A DNA stretch of 64,000 bases. It comes from Octopus sinensis. Taxonomy: Eukaryota. The stretch is from contig NC_043019.1 of NCBI RefSeq assembly GCF_006345805.1, positions 18,661,360 through 18,725,359 on the forward strand. Direction: 5' to 3'. The position numbers were made by a program, and so were the translations under genes. Below, in pieces: positions 1 to 11,299 of the stretch (position 1 is its first letter; each line of letters starts with the position of its first letter). The notes under the pieces were generated by a model. The model saw only the letters and a list, made by a program, of their open reading frames with translations, made no database searches and was not told the origin of the DNA.

Positions 1-661
1 TTGAAGACTGACCCACTTGGATTAATCAAAAGCTTTTGGCAGGGTTTAACCAGTGGTTCTCTGTGCATCCAGTTTTTATCCAATTTTCAGAAGGTGAATT
101 ACTTCAGTTTACATCATCATCATTTCAGTGGTGAGGCCAATTGGCCACCTGTTGGAATTGCTTTACAGGCATACTTTGTCCAAACAAAGGAAATGATTGA
201 CTCCGTGAGACCCTACAATTACTACCTATTGCCTCTGCTCTATGGTCATTTCCATGTCAAATCACCTTGAGGGTCCGAGCTCACCTCCCCATACTAGCTT
301 CTAAGTATTAGTTCAATATCTTTGATACTTTTGAAATTGCAGGCCTCTTTAATATTGACTAATGTTTACATTTTTTACTAAATGAGCCTCCCCAACCAAC
401 TTAAGACAGTCGTCTCTCCTCTAATATGGCAAGCACAACTTTGAAATCCTGTGTTTGGCACTAACCTTTTCTGTAGAGTTCAAATATCTTATCAACTCCA
501 GTGTATCTTGTATATTCTCCCATCTATAGGCCTCTGAAAATTGCCAAGAATTAAATGCACAGCAAATGTATGCCTCTTTTAGGTATATTCATCCCAATGG
601 GTACACTAGATAAAGCAACCACAATTGTTTTCCAGTCATTTAGCATATAGCAGACCCTTTC

Positions 662-3045
662 TGAGCAGTAACCATGTTAGCTGCTATTAAGGGAATGTCA
701 GAATAGTATTTTTAGAAATAAGTGTGATTTCAAAATTTCTCAAAATAATGCCCATTTTGATGTCCTTAGTTGACCATGTGGGCAGTTCACTACCATTTTC
801 AAATTTTTACCATGCATTCTTATACTTCTGAAGATGATGTGACAGAAAATTTGGTGTTGTTGCTCAGATTCCTTTCAGAGTCGTGAATTTTTAGAAATTT
901 TGTTGTCAGCGCTTTGTACACGGTCAACTTATTCATAAAGCATGGATACAACACAGCGCATTATCCATCAGTGATTTATTCAGTGTAGTATAAATAAACG
1001 TCTCTTAAATTAATGGGTTTTCATTGATTCAACAAATGGCAAACTACTACGGACGTAACCACGTTTTTACATGATAATGTACAGAGCCACACATCATAAA
1101 ACACGGATGTTAAACTTCTAGAATTCATAAAGAATTCAACATATATTTATTTAAAAACTTTTAGTGCCCAACTCAATAAATTGTGTTAAATATTTATAAA
1201 ACATACTTAGGTCCAACACAAATGTGAATCCTATTAACCCTTTCGATACCAAATCGCCCAAAGCCGCCCGAATTTACCTATTCATATTTAAATGAGAATA
1301 TCAGAGCAAATCTCTTTAGTACATTCGTGAAAACACGTATTATATTTCGTAAACAGTTCAACTACAGTTTTGTACAACAATCGAAGTGTAATTTTAATTC
1401 CGTGAATTTTGGGAGATTTTTTTCTGAAATTTGTTCCTATTGTGTTTTCAAAATTTGTAATTCTGACAAAAAATGGATACGAATTTCATTATATCAAGCA
1501 GTGAGTCAGAATTCGAAGGATTTTCTACTGAAGACCTTCATAAATCTAACTCTATGACTGAAAAAAAAAAGCATGTGGTATTTGATAATGAATCTGATGT
1601 TTCATTTTCCGAAAGTGAAAACAGTGAATCCGAGAGCTCCGACAGCGATAAAGAAAATGAATTAGCACCTGAATGGAGTGAAAATTTAAAAACTGTTTTT
1701 TTCGGTGATTTTTCTGAAGAAACTGGACCAAGCCACAGACTTTCCCAGGAGAGTAAAGCCTTAGACTATTTATTTTTACTTTTTCGAATGAGCCTATTTG
1801 AAATCATTACAGCGGAAACGAACCGTTACGCTAAACGTAAACAAAGCGAAAGAAAGGATAGTTTGTTATTTCCCACAACCTTAAATAAAATTAAGGCCTA
1901 TTTTGCCATAAATATTATTATGGGTATCAGAAAGTTACCCAGAATAACAAATTCTATCGTAAAATTTTGTTGTATACCCAATTGAATATTAGCTAATAAC
2001 CCATTTTCTATAGCGATGTTTGAACAAAATTTTAATAATTTTATATTTTGTTGAATTTACCTGTATCTACCTGCAATTAGAGTCACTTTGTGACAAAAAT
2101 TATAATATAGAATTGGTTGAGAACATTTCATTAAATTATCTTCCAAAATTCACGTTAATATATTCATAAATAAAAAAGTTATAGTTGTTTAATGAAACCA
2201 GACTAAATTTATGATTACGTTAGAAATTAATTGAAACACATAAGGGGTGTATTTTGGTCAGAAATATAGTAACGAAAGGGTTAATTCTGCACAAATTGTG
2301 GGAATAGAGTGAGAATTTCGTTTCTCGAGTCTTCTGTCTGCTCCAGCTATCTGACACTAGGGTTAACATTAGAATTTTCTCTTTCTTTGATGACACTTTG
2401 CACGTCTCCACCTGTAAGTCGACCAACTTATCAAAGTCTTTGCATTTCTCACAATTTCCTGTATCTGTGTCAACGTCCATGTCTGAAGGGGCATCCCTCA
2501 AGAGACTTAATATTCCCTGTGTAGCTGCTTCCATTTTCTTTACCTTGCTCCAGATGTAGGATGCCTGGTCCCTAGGGCTCACATACTTGATAGGTGAACA
2601 GCCCAACACGGTTGCAGTGGCATTCAAATCCTCTCAAAGAGTTTCTGAAGGTTGTAAATCCTCCACATCATGGGTAGTGCTTGGTCCAGCTTCTTCATTA
2701 GTTTGTATGATCCCCAACTCTTGTAAGGTCCCTCCAGCGACTTGAGCATAGTTTCTGTCCTGGTGTCAACCCCAGATTCTGAAAATACATTGTAACATAT
2801 TATAAAATGTTGTCTAATAAATTGAATAATAAATGTTATTTTTTTTTAATTGCATAACACATCACAAACTTGAAACATTGTGAGTCCTAAGGAAGATATC
2901 ATTAATTAATTAAAAAAACATTTTGCAGCATAACAAGATATGGACATTGAAAGATTAATGACAGTTTATCTGTCGTTATGAACTTAGAATTTGCACAGTG
3001 AACCCATGTCCTAATAATTCGCCATATGATTAAAAGATGGCAAAA
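662..3045 (-). mobile_element. Inverted, further-deleted copy of the same Sola2-like element, interrupted by the piggyBac at 1238-2280
   Basis: 2322-3045 is the reverse complement of about 4272-5027; 2281-2322 plus 662-1237 is the reverse complement of about 6320-7046. The paired ORFs 2220..2627 and 4722..5075 differ at 3 of about 102 shared residues. Confidence 0.85.
1238..2280 (+). mobile_element. piggyBac-family internally deleted transposon with a transposase N-terminal ORF (1473-1985)
   Basis: TTAA at 1234-1237 and 2281-2284; TIRs CCCTTTCG(A/T)TAC; ORF contains ITAETNRYA and IKAYFAINIIMGIRKLP (DDE_Tnp_1_7 pattern). Confidence 0.92.
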
Positions 3046-3620
3046 CATCACCAGGGCCTATTACCAGCCTTACCTTCACCATCTTGATTAGTATTTTATT
3101 TGTACATAAAAATTATTTTAGTTTCAACCATTGGCAAGAGTATAGCCAAATCATGCCTGTGATAAATTTATTAAAAGATGATAGAATTTTGACAAACAGA
3201 TAGTACTGTATCTATCATTAGCCGAGGCTAATGAAGTAACACTATCATAGCGAAATATTACTGTCTTTCAAATTCTCTCATATATGTTTTGCAAATCAAT
3301 AATTATACCATTCAAATACTGTTATCTTTTATGAGATATCTTCTTTTGTGAATGCTTTTTGGATCTACGCAAAAACATTGCAGTCTTCCATAACATGATA
3401 GAAAAACATTGTCATCTTCATGCAGTAAAACTCCAGACCTCCAGGTATTTAAAGTATTTTTATTGTCAGATTAAGAATTGCATTTCAAAAAAATCACCAT
3501 TTTCTTGAATAAGTGATTTTATGACATTCATTTTCCAATTTACTTCCAAGATTACACTAAGATGTAGAACAAGACTCCATCTTGGCAGGACAACTACCTG
3601 AACTTTAAATATGATGCATT

Positions 3621-4248
3621 AAAAATTCACGACTCTGAAAGGAATCTGAGCAACAACACCAAATTTTCTGTCACATCATCTTCAGAAGTATAAGAATGCA
3701 TGGTAAAAATTTGAAAATGGTAGTGAACTGCCCACATGGTCAACTAAGGACATCAAAATGGGCATTATTTTGAGAAATTTTGAAATCACACTTATTTCTA
3801 AAAATACTATTCTGACATTCCCTTAATAGCAGCTAACATGGTTACTGCTCAGAAAGGGTCTGCTATATGCTAAATGACTGGAAAACAATTGTGGTTGCTT
3901 TATCTAGTGTACCCATTGGGATGAATATACCTAAAAGAGGCATACATTTGCTGTGCATTTAATTCTTGGCAATTTTCAGAGGCCTATAGATGGGAGAATA
4001 TACAAGATACACTGGAGTTGATAAGATATTTGAACTCTACAGAAAAGGTTAGTGCCAAACACAGGATTTCAAAGTTGTGCTTGCCATATTAGAGGAGAGA
4101 CGACTGTCTTAAGTTGGTTGGGGAGGCTCATTTGGTAAAAAATGTAAACATTAGTCAATATTAAAGAGGCCTGCAATTTTAAAAGTATCAAAGATATTGA
4201 GCTAATACTTGATATTTTCCCATCATATAAGTTACAGAAGCTAGTATG
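3621..4248 (+). repeat. Inverted duplicate of about 290-895
   Basis: Near-identical reverse complement read directly, with a 25-nt insertion at about 4212-4236. Confidence 0.9.
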
Positions 4249-4271
4249 AAGTTGTTCAGGAGAATGAAATT

Positions 4272-7046
4272 TTGTCATCTTTTAATCATATGGCGAATTA
4301 TTAGGACGGTTCACTGTGCAAATTCTAAGTTCATAACGACAGATAAACTGTCATTAATCTTTCAATGTCCATATCTTGTTATGCTGCAAAATGTCTTTTT
4401 AATTAATTAATGATATCTTCCTTAGGACTCACAATGTTTCAAGTTTGTGATGTGTTATGCAATTAAAAAAAAATAACATTTATTATTCAATTTATTAGAC
4501 AACATTTTATAATATGTTACAATGTATTTTCAGGATCTCTCCGCAGTGTAAGTGAAAAGACAATGCCAAGAATCTGGGGTTGACACCAGGACAGAAACTA
4601 TGCTCAAGTCGCTGGAGGGACCTTACAAGAGTTGGGGATCATACAAACTAATGAAGAAGCTGGACCAAGCACTACCCATGATGTGGAGGATTTACAACCT
4701 TCAGAAACTCTTTGAGAGGATTTGAATGCCACTGCAACCGTGTTGGGCTGTTCACCTATCAAGTATGTGAGCCCTAGGGACCAGGCATCCTACATCTGGA
4801 GCAAGGTAAAGAAAATGGAAGCAGTTACACAGGGAATATTAAGTCTCTTGAGGGATGCCCCTTCAGACATGGACGTTGACACAGATACAGGAAATTGTGA
4901 GAAATGTAAAGACTTTGATAAGTTGGTCGACTTACAGGTGGAGAAGTGCAAAGTGTCATCAAAGAAAGAGAAAATTCTAATGTTAACCCTAGTGCCAGAT
5001 AGCTGGAGCAGACAGAAGACTCGAGAAGTATTTGGTAAGATGAGCCAGATCTTTAAAAAAGAAAAAGAAAGCTAGGCCATGCCCTGCCACAAGATACCTG
5101 GGTAAAGGTACAGCAGTTTTTTGAACTTGATGAATTTTCTAGGGTATGTCCCGGCAAGAAAGATAATGTGTCTGTTAGAACAGATGAAGGCAAGATTCAC
5201 AAACAGGTTGTTGCTGGCAAACTGAAATGAATTGTGTGCGGCTTTCAAAAACAGGTACAATGACAAAATAAGATTTTCTAAATTCTGTGAGTTATGACCT
5301 AAGAGGTGTGTAGCTGTGGGTCCCAAAGGTACACCTACAGTGCGTGTTTCTCAGTACCACCAAAATGCAAAATTAGGGTTAGTTGATGTCATTTACCACA
5401 AAGTGCTGTCTAAACTTGTCTGCAATGTACAAAGTAGAGACTGCATTATGTTGCATGCCTGTGACCAGTGTCCTGAGAAAGAGGCATTACAAGGGTACCT
5501 CAATGGTCAGTTGGACAGTCGAGAGTTTCATCAAAGTGATATGAAGAAATATAAACAACAGGTGCACACTGATGGAACAATGCTCGTATCACCTGAAGCT
5601 ACTGCAGCAGATTTCATTGATATCATGTGTGAATCATTTTGTAAGCTTACATAGCAGCACTTTATTGCAAAAGCACCTACCTGAGGCTTTGAGTGCATCT
5701 AAAGAAAATCTTCAAGTAAAAGAAAATCATATTCCTTGATTTTGCAGAAAATTATATCTTTATCATACAGGATGTGGTGTAGGAGCATCATTGGGATAAT
5801 TCCCAAGCTACAGTGCATCCCTTTGTGTTTTGTGTCAAAGACTCCTCAACCTCTGATCTCAGATGTGTAAACGTGACTAAATTCTAATACCATATGACAT
5901 GTAAAGAGATAACATTCATGGGACTGAATTTTTCTTTGTTTCAAAAGATCAAGTACAAGAAAATGCTGTCAACAAATTGGCTGAACAGTTTGATGCTTGC
6001 AACACAATAGCTGGAGTTATTTCATTCCTTGTCCAGGAAATAAGGTTCAGATGAAAAGAGTATCCCTAGATGATATGGACGGCCTGACAAGTATGTAGTC
6101 TGTGTGTACACTTCCATCTGATATGTGGGAAACATTCTGATGTTCTTGTTTCCTTTCTGAAAGGATCGAGAACCAATGTACTTTGTTGGCCAGCAGCATC
6201 CCGTAAGGATGAATGTTGGGTTCCTTGGCAACATGTCATGTGTAATCAGTGCACCAATCACTCAAGGCAAAAGTGCTGCCCACACCTACACAATTAGTTC
6301 AAGTGACCCTAAACGAAATTCTCACTCTATTCCCACTATTTGTGCAGAATTAATAGGATTCACATTTGTGTTTTATAAATATTTAACACAATTTATCGAG
6401 TTGGGCACTGAAAGTTTTTAATATTTACTTTTGGTGAATTTAAATCATTTTGTGGCATGTTGTCTTGTCACTTTGGTACTAATTCCAGTGGGACTCTGTG
6501 CTCAGGGATATGCCTTGTTTCTCATCAATGAATCAATAGCTACTGTATTGAGTCATTCAATGAAGGGCAATGTAATCCCTGATTAAAATAATGTTGAATT
6601 CTTTATGAATTCTAGAAGTTTAACATCCGTGTTTTATGATGTGTGGCTCTGTACATTATCATGTAAAAACGTGATTACATCCGTAGTAGTTTGCCATTTG
6701 TTGAATCAATGAAAACCCATTAATTTAAGAGACGTTTATTTATACTACACTGAATAAATCACTGATGGATAATGTGTTGTGTTGTATCCATGCTTTATGA
6801 ATAAGTTGACCGTGTACAAAGCGCTGACAACAAAATTTCTAAAAATTCACGACTCTGAAAGGAATCTGAGCAACAACACCAAATTTTCTGTCACATCATC
6901 TTCAGAAGTATAAGAATGCATGGTAAAAATTTGAAAATGGTAGTGAACTGCCCACATGGTCAACTAAGGACATCAAAATGGGCATTATTTTGAGAAATTT
7001 TGAAATCACACTTATTTCAAGAAATACTATTCTGACACTGCTCAGA
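4272..7046 (+). mobile_element. Degenerate DNA transposon, tentatively Sola2-like, with the catalytic core deleted
   Basis: Broken transposase segments: KILMLTLVPDSWS, HQNAKL..VCNVQSRDCMLHACDQCP, LDFAENY..QD..HWDNSQATVHPF, C-terminal WP..KDECWVPW. The central DDE segment is missing. The right end finishes in ...ACTGCTC. Confidence 0.6.
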
Positions 7047-7239
7047 GTCCTACATTTTATTTTGGCAGAATAATTCGGTAGTCAAAATGCTTTGTGGTAT
7101 TTACTTTTGCATTGAAAATCAGGCAAAGTCATTGAAGTCTTTTCTCCTTGATGCACTCAGTGATTCCCTCTCAAGTTTCTGGTGTCTAGGTAAGAAAACT
7201 AATTATTTAATATTGTTTTAGGTAAAGATTGCTGAAAAA

Positions 7240-7399
7240 ATGGAGGCAGAAGAGGAAAAATCTGTTGACACTGTCAAGGAAGACAGTCCAAAGAAGGAGG
7301 AAAGTGTTAAGTCAGACAGCAGTGAGGTTGTGGCTGAGAACAAGAATTCAAGTCAAGAAAATGAAGATGTTGTGAATGAGCAGGATGAAGAACCACAAT
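7240..7399 (+). CDS. DEK: DEK coding exon 1 (acidic N-terminus, MEAEEEKSVD...EEPQ)
   Basis: Acceptor ttttag at 7216-7221; ATG at 7240 in aaaaATGG context; donor gtaaga at 7400; phase 1 joins the next exon in frame. A non-coding upstream exon is implied. Confidence 0.8.
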
Positions 7400-8812
7400 G
7401 TAAGAATTTCATTTTACTTTTCAACTAATTCTTCAACTTCAGCTTCTATTTATTTAAGTCTCACTGGTTGGTGTTTCGTGTCCTGTGGCATCCAGTGTTG
7501 TGCAGCAGCTCTATGAAAGTTCAAACAAATGCAACTTGAAGATCTACTCTTCTAGATAGCCAATACATTGCCAAGCGAAGGTCTGTACCACCACCACCCC
7601 CTGGCATGCTGTGGTTAATTGCCTGCTGCCTCATAAAAAGTACCCAATATGTTCTGTAATGTGGTCAGCCTTAGGAAGGGTATCCAGCCATAAAAACGAT
7701 AACCAAAGCAGACAACGGGGCCTGGTACAGCTCTCTGGATTGCCAGCTCCTATCAAACCATCCAGCCTGGAAGATGGACGATAAATGGTGGTGGTGTTAC
7801 TGTAATTTGGACGTGGACTCTCTACCTTGATCAGATCTGTGAACAGAGGGGTTTCAGCTGTGATCTTGAAATCACTGAGCCTGCTAGAAATAATAAACCA
7901 CTCCTAACTCTAAATTCTGAAGTTGTCTGTGAGTGTCACACATAAATGCCTCAAGTAGCACATATTCTGGTAATACCATTTACGATTGGCTGGTTGGGGT
8001 AGTGGTAGTTCTTCTTGTCCCAGAAAATGTCCCTGAGTTATTGAGGAGAATTACTAGTTAATAATCCAGATTGGAAATATAAAGTGGTGTTTGAGTTGGT
8101 ATGCTGCTGCCACATGAACTAAAGGCATTCATATAGTAAATTCTGCTTAGATATCCTTCCAGGATCGTCAAAGTAGCAACCGAGTAGTGGATCACCATAT
8201 TGACTATCCCTTATCGCATTCCCCTACCTCAAAACAAAGCTTAAATCCTTCTGCCTGTGATAGAAATCATTATTTTAGCAGTGAGATTAACAAGGCTAAA
8301 TGACTGGCCAGGGGTGGGATGAGGTCTTTTACCTATAAAATATCACAAGTGATTTGTGAGTACCTTTCATTAATTTAGAGCAGTGATTTTCAACCTGACA
8401 AAAACCAATGTCTTCTCCTTCTTTATTAAGGAGAAGAAGACTAAAAGTTTTCCTCCACTGAGTTCTTTCTTCCCTTTGGTGTTGGATATTCATCAACATT
8501 TAACATGTTTTTCTTGCTGGCATGGCCAGGTGCCACACCACGTTTCACAGTCCATTTTCGCTTGATTTGGTCTCTACAGCTTGATGCCTTAACCATTTAA
8601 TTTTAATTAACTTGACAGCTTGTCCCCTGCTAATCTTCTCACCGTTGTTTTCCGGCCCATTCATTGGGGTGGGGGGGTCCTATTTGGCATTGTTGTGTGG
8701 TTAATTCTTTTTGTTGATTCTACCTTCTTTCAACTCAGATCCCCCCCTCTCCATTGTTCTTTTTGTTTTTCCTTTACTTAATATGAAATCCTCTTTTTGG
8801 ATATTATTTCAG

Positions 8813-8965
8813 TGGGTCTGTTAGAACGGCCTGTTGTTATTGAATCAGGTAAGCGGGAGAAGAAGAAAGTAGAAAGGCTAGAGATGTCAGTAACTTCAGC
8901 CAATGACAAGAAAAAAATCCTCATTCCAGAAGGCACGGGAGAGAAACTCGGTGACTGCCCCATCA
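8813..8965 (+). CDS. DEK: DEK coding exon 2 (LGLLERPVVIESGKREKKKVERLEM...GEKLGDCPI)
   Basis: tttcag acceptor and gtaagt donor; GKREKKKVERL is the recognisable DEK motif; phases 1/1. Confidence 0.95.
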
Positions 8966-8991
8966 GTAAGTAAAGCCTTTCCACTTTTTAA

Positions 8992-9213
8992 CCCTTCAGC
9001 ATTCAGGTTCATTTACCAAATGTGGTGTTTGTTTACCCACATTGTTTAAAATTGATTGTATATTGTCTTGTAGCTTTAAGATTTTGAAGATATGATTGTT
9101 TATATTTCAGAATGACATTGTAGGGTAAGTGTGATTAGTTGGATCTGGCCAGATTCAACATAAAATATGAAGAATATTTAGGCCGGATACAACCAGTTTT
9201 AAATGCTAAAGGG
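8992..9213 (+). mobile_element. piggyBac-type MITE, about 200-bp family, copy 1
   Basis: TTAA/CTAA flanks; termini CCCTTCAGCATT...AATGCTAAAGGG; internal similarity to 13871-14063 and 54996-55356. Confidence 0.7.
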
Positions 9214-9289
9214 CTAAAAGAATTTTCTCACCTGCCATGAGCAGCAATGGCTGTGGGGTTAAGGGGTTCGTTTTGCAACCACATGCTTT

Positions 9290-9682
9290 CCTTTGCTATC
9301 ATGAGGCATTAAAGATGAAAACAAGGGTCTGTGAGAGCTGCAATGCTGTATGGGAGTGAGGGGGGGAGAAATGTGGGGGTGGGTGAAACTGTTCGATAAG
9401 AGGAGGACGGAGGATTTGATGGAGACGCTGGGGTTGGAAGAATCGATGGAATGGGGTGGGGTGGGGTGGGCGTGTGTTGAGGAAGGATGATTGCGTTTGA
9501 GGTAAATGGAGCGCAAAAGCGAGGTAGACCGAGGAAAAGGTGGAGAAGGATATTGGTAGGGTTGGCTTGAGAAGGAAGGATGCCCAAAACCGGGGGAGAT
9601 GGTGGTGTGAGGGCAGTTTCTATGGCATTGAGGTGCATCCGGCCACCCCTATTAATGGGGACAAAACACTGGATGATGATGA
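9290..9682 (+). mobile_element. RTE-like LINE 3' fragment
   Basis: KRGRPRKRW motif followed by a short 3' end and (GAT)n tail. Boundaries are approximate. Confidence 0.6.
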
Positions 9683-10167
9683 AAGTTTCAGGTTCAGTCC
9701 CGTTGCATGACTTCTACACTATCCCTGTGCTAACCAATACCTTGTGAGTAAATTTGTTATATGGAAACTGTGTGGAAGTCCATCATATGTGTGTGTGTCG
9801 GTTTGTTTACATTCCTGTAACTTGATGCTTCTAAAGTGAGTGTTGAGATTAATTTGTTTGTGACTAAAACTTCCAAAGCAGTGCCTCAGTGTAACCTTAG
9901 TCCAGTGACTGGAACAGGCAAAGCAAAGAAAGATGACCGTTGGTTTGTTCCAGCCATTTACTGTGTCTAAACTGGGACACCAAAATAACACCAACAAGGC
10001 TTTGCTCATCTCTGATTTTGTAGGCCTTACCTGTCTCTCATCCTTTCTCTCTCTCTCTAGCTTTGGGGAGATTTTGGTTACTATATCAAGCAAGTCAGCA
10101 CATACACTAGTGTATTTTAATAAAATTAATTTTAACATACCTTCTTCTTAAAACTTTCTATTTTCAG

Positions 10168-10244
10168 TTGAATATCAATTGAATCGAGTAAAGGCAGAAA
10201 ATCTGAAGATAATTCATCGTGCATTGTTTGACCGGCCAGGATCG
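10168..10244 (+). CDS. DEK: DEK coding exon 3 (IEYQLNRVKAENLKIIHRALFDRPGS)
   Basis: ttttcag acceptor and gtgagg donor; resembles DEK LHKLLYNRPG; phases 1/0. Confidence 0.93.
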
Positions 10245-10919
10245 GTGAGGGCTTTTGTTTAATTCCTTGTCGTTTATTTATTTCTCTCATATCATTGTAA
10301 CAGGTGTTGGCATAACCATGGGGTTAAGCACCTCACTTTGCAGTCAATAGGTTCTGAGCCTGATCTCACTAAACAGCCCCTTGGACATGTGTCTTCTACC
10401 ACAGACTCCCTTGAAAAGGAAATTTGGTCAGCAGAAACTGTATAGAATCTCTTCAATGTGTGTATGAGAGAGAATTGATCAGCCTGTTTATCTCCCCTGA
10501 TCCCAGGAGACCTGTTACAGTTGTGTCCAATTGTGAAGAATGCCAAGCTGCCTGGCCCCGCCCACCATCTCCTAAAGTGATGGAAACAACAATGTCCTCC
10601 GTCACTTTCAATCTCTCCCCCACCATTCATAGCTATGAGTACAGTTTCCATAGGTCCAGACCCATTGTCGACCTAATCTCATCCATCATCCACCATCGGG
10701 CTTTTAAAGAAATTTGATGAAAGCAATGTTGCTGTCCTCAGCATTAGAAAAGCTTTCATGATGGTTGGCATGGGAAACTCCCATCAAAACCACCCACCTG
10801 TGGCTTCCACTTCTCTCTCTTCGATTTGGAAACGAGAGAAAATGATGTATAAAGATTGAAAAATTAAATTGGATTCTCTCTTTTTGTGTGTATTTAATAT
10901 TGTTATTCTTTTCTTTCAG

Positions 10920-11014
10920 CTGGTTGAAATTAAACGTAATATTCGAAAATTCAATGGATTTGATTTTGGAAAAGACGACAAACGATTTGACAAAAAAAGG
11001 GCTTTATTAGCAAA
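10920..11014 (+). CDS. DEK: DEK coding exon 4 (LVEIKRNIRKFNGFDFGKDDKRFDKKRALLAK)
   Basis: ctttcag acceptor and gtatgt donor; resembles DEK LKKNVGQFSGFPF; phases 0/2. Confidence 0.93.
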
Positions 11015-11299
11015 GTATGTTCATTTCACGTTTTAGATGTTGTTGTTGTTCTTATTGTGTTGGTTTTCATTTGCTAGGAATGTATAAAATGTATGCTGTG
11101 TATCTGCCATTATCACCTCCTCTTTATGAACGTGATTGACATTAGTGACGTTAAGAGGGAGATTTGGGTGCTATTTCTAGCAGATCAGTCGAATGTAGTA
11201 GGAATCATCTTCTGCTTCAAATGTTTGCTCTCTTGTATTGTGTAACTGATTTAGATTTTTCACTCTTTCTTTTCCTAACGGACACAGTCAAATTATAAT

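Noticed and set aside
7180-7221. TAG|GTAAGA at about 7190 as the donor of an upstream DEK exon
   Set aside because: It would give an intron of only about 32 nt.
8378-8400. CAGTGATTTTCAACC as a hAT terminal repeat
   Set aside because: No matching opposite end or 8-bp target duplication was found.
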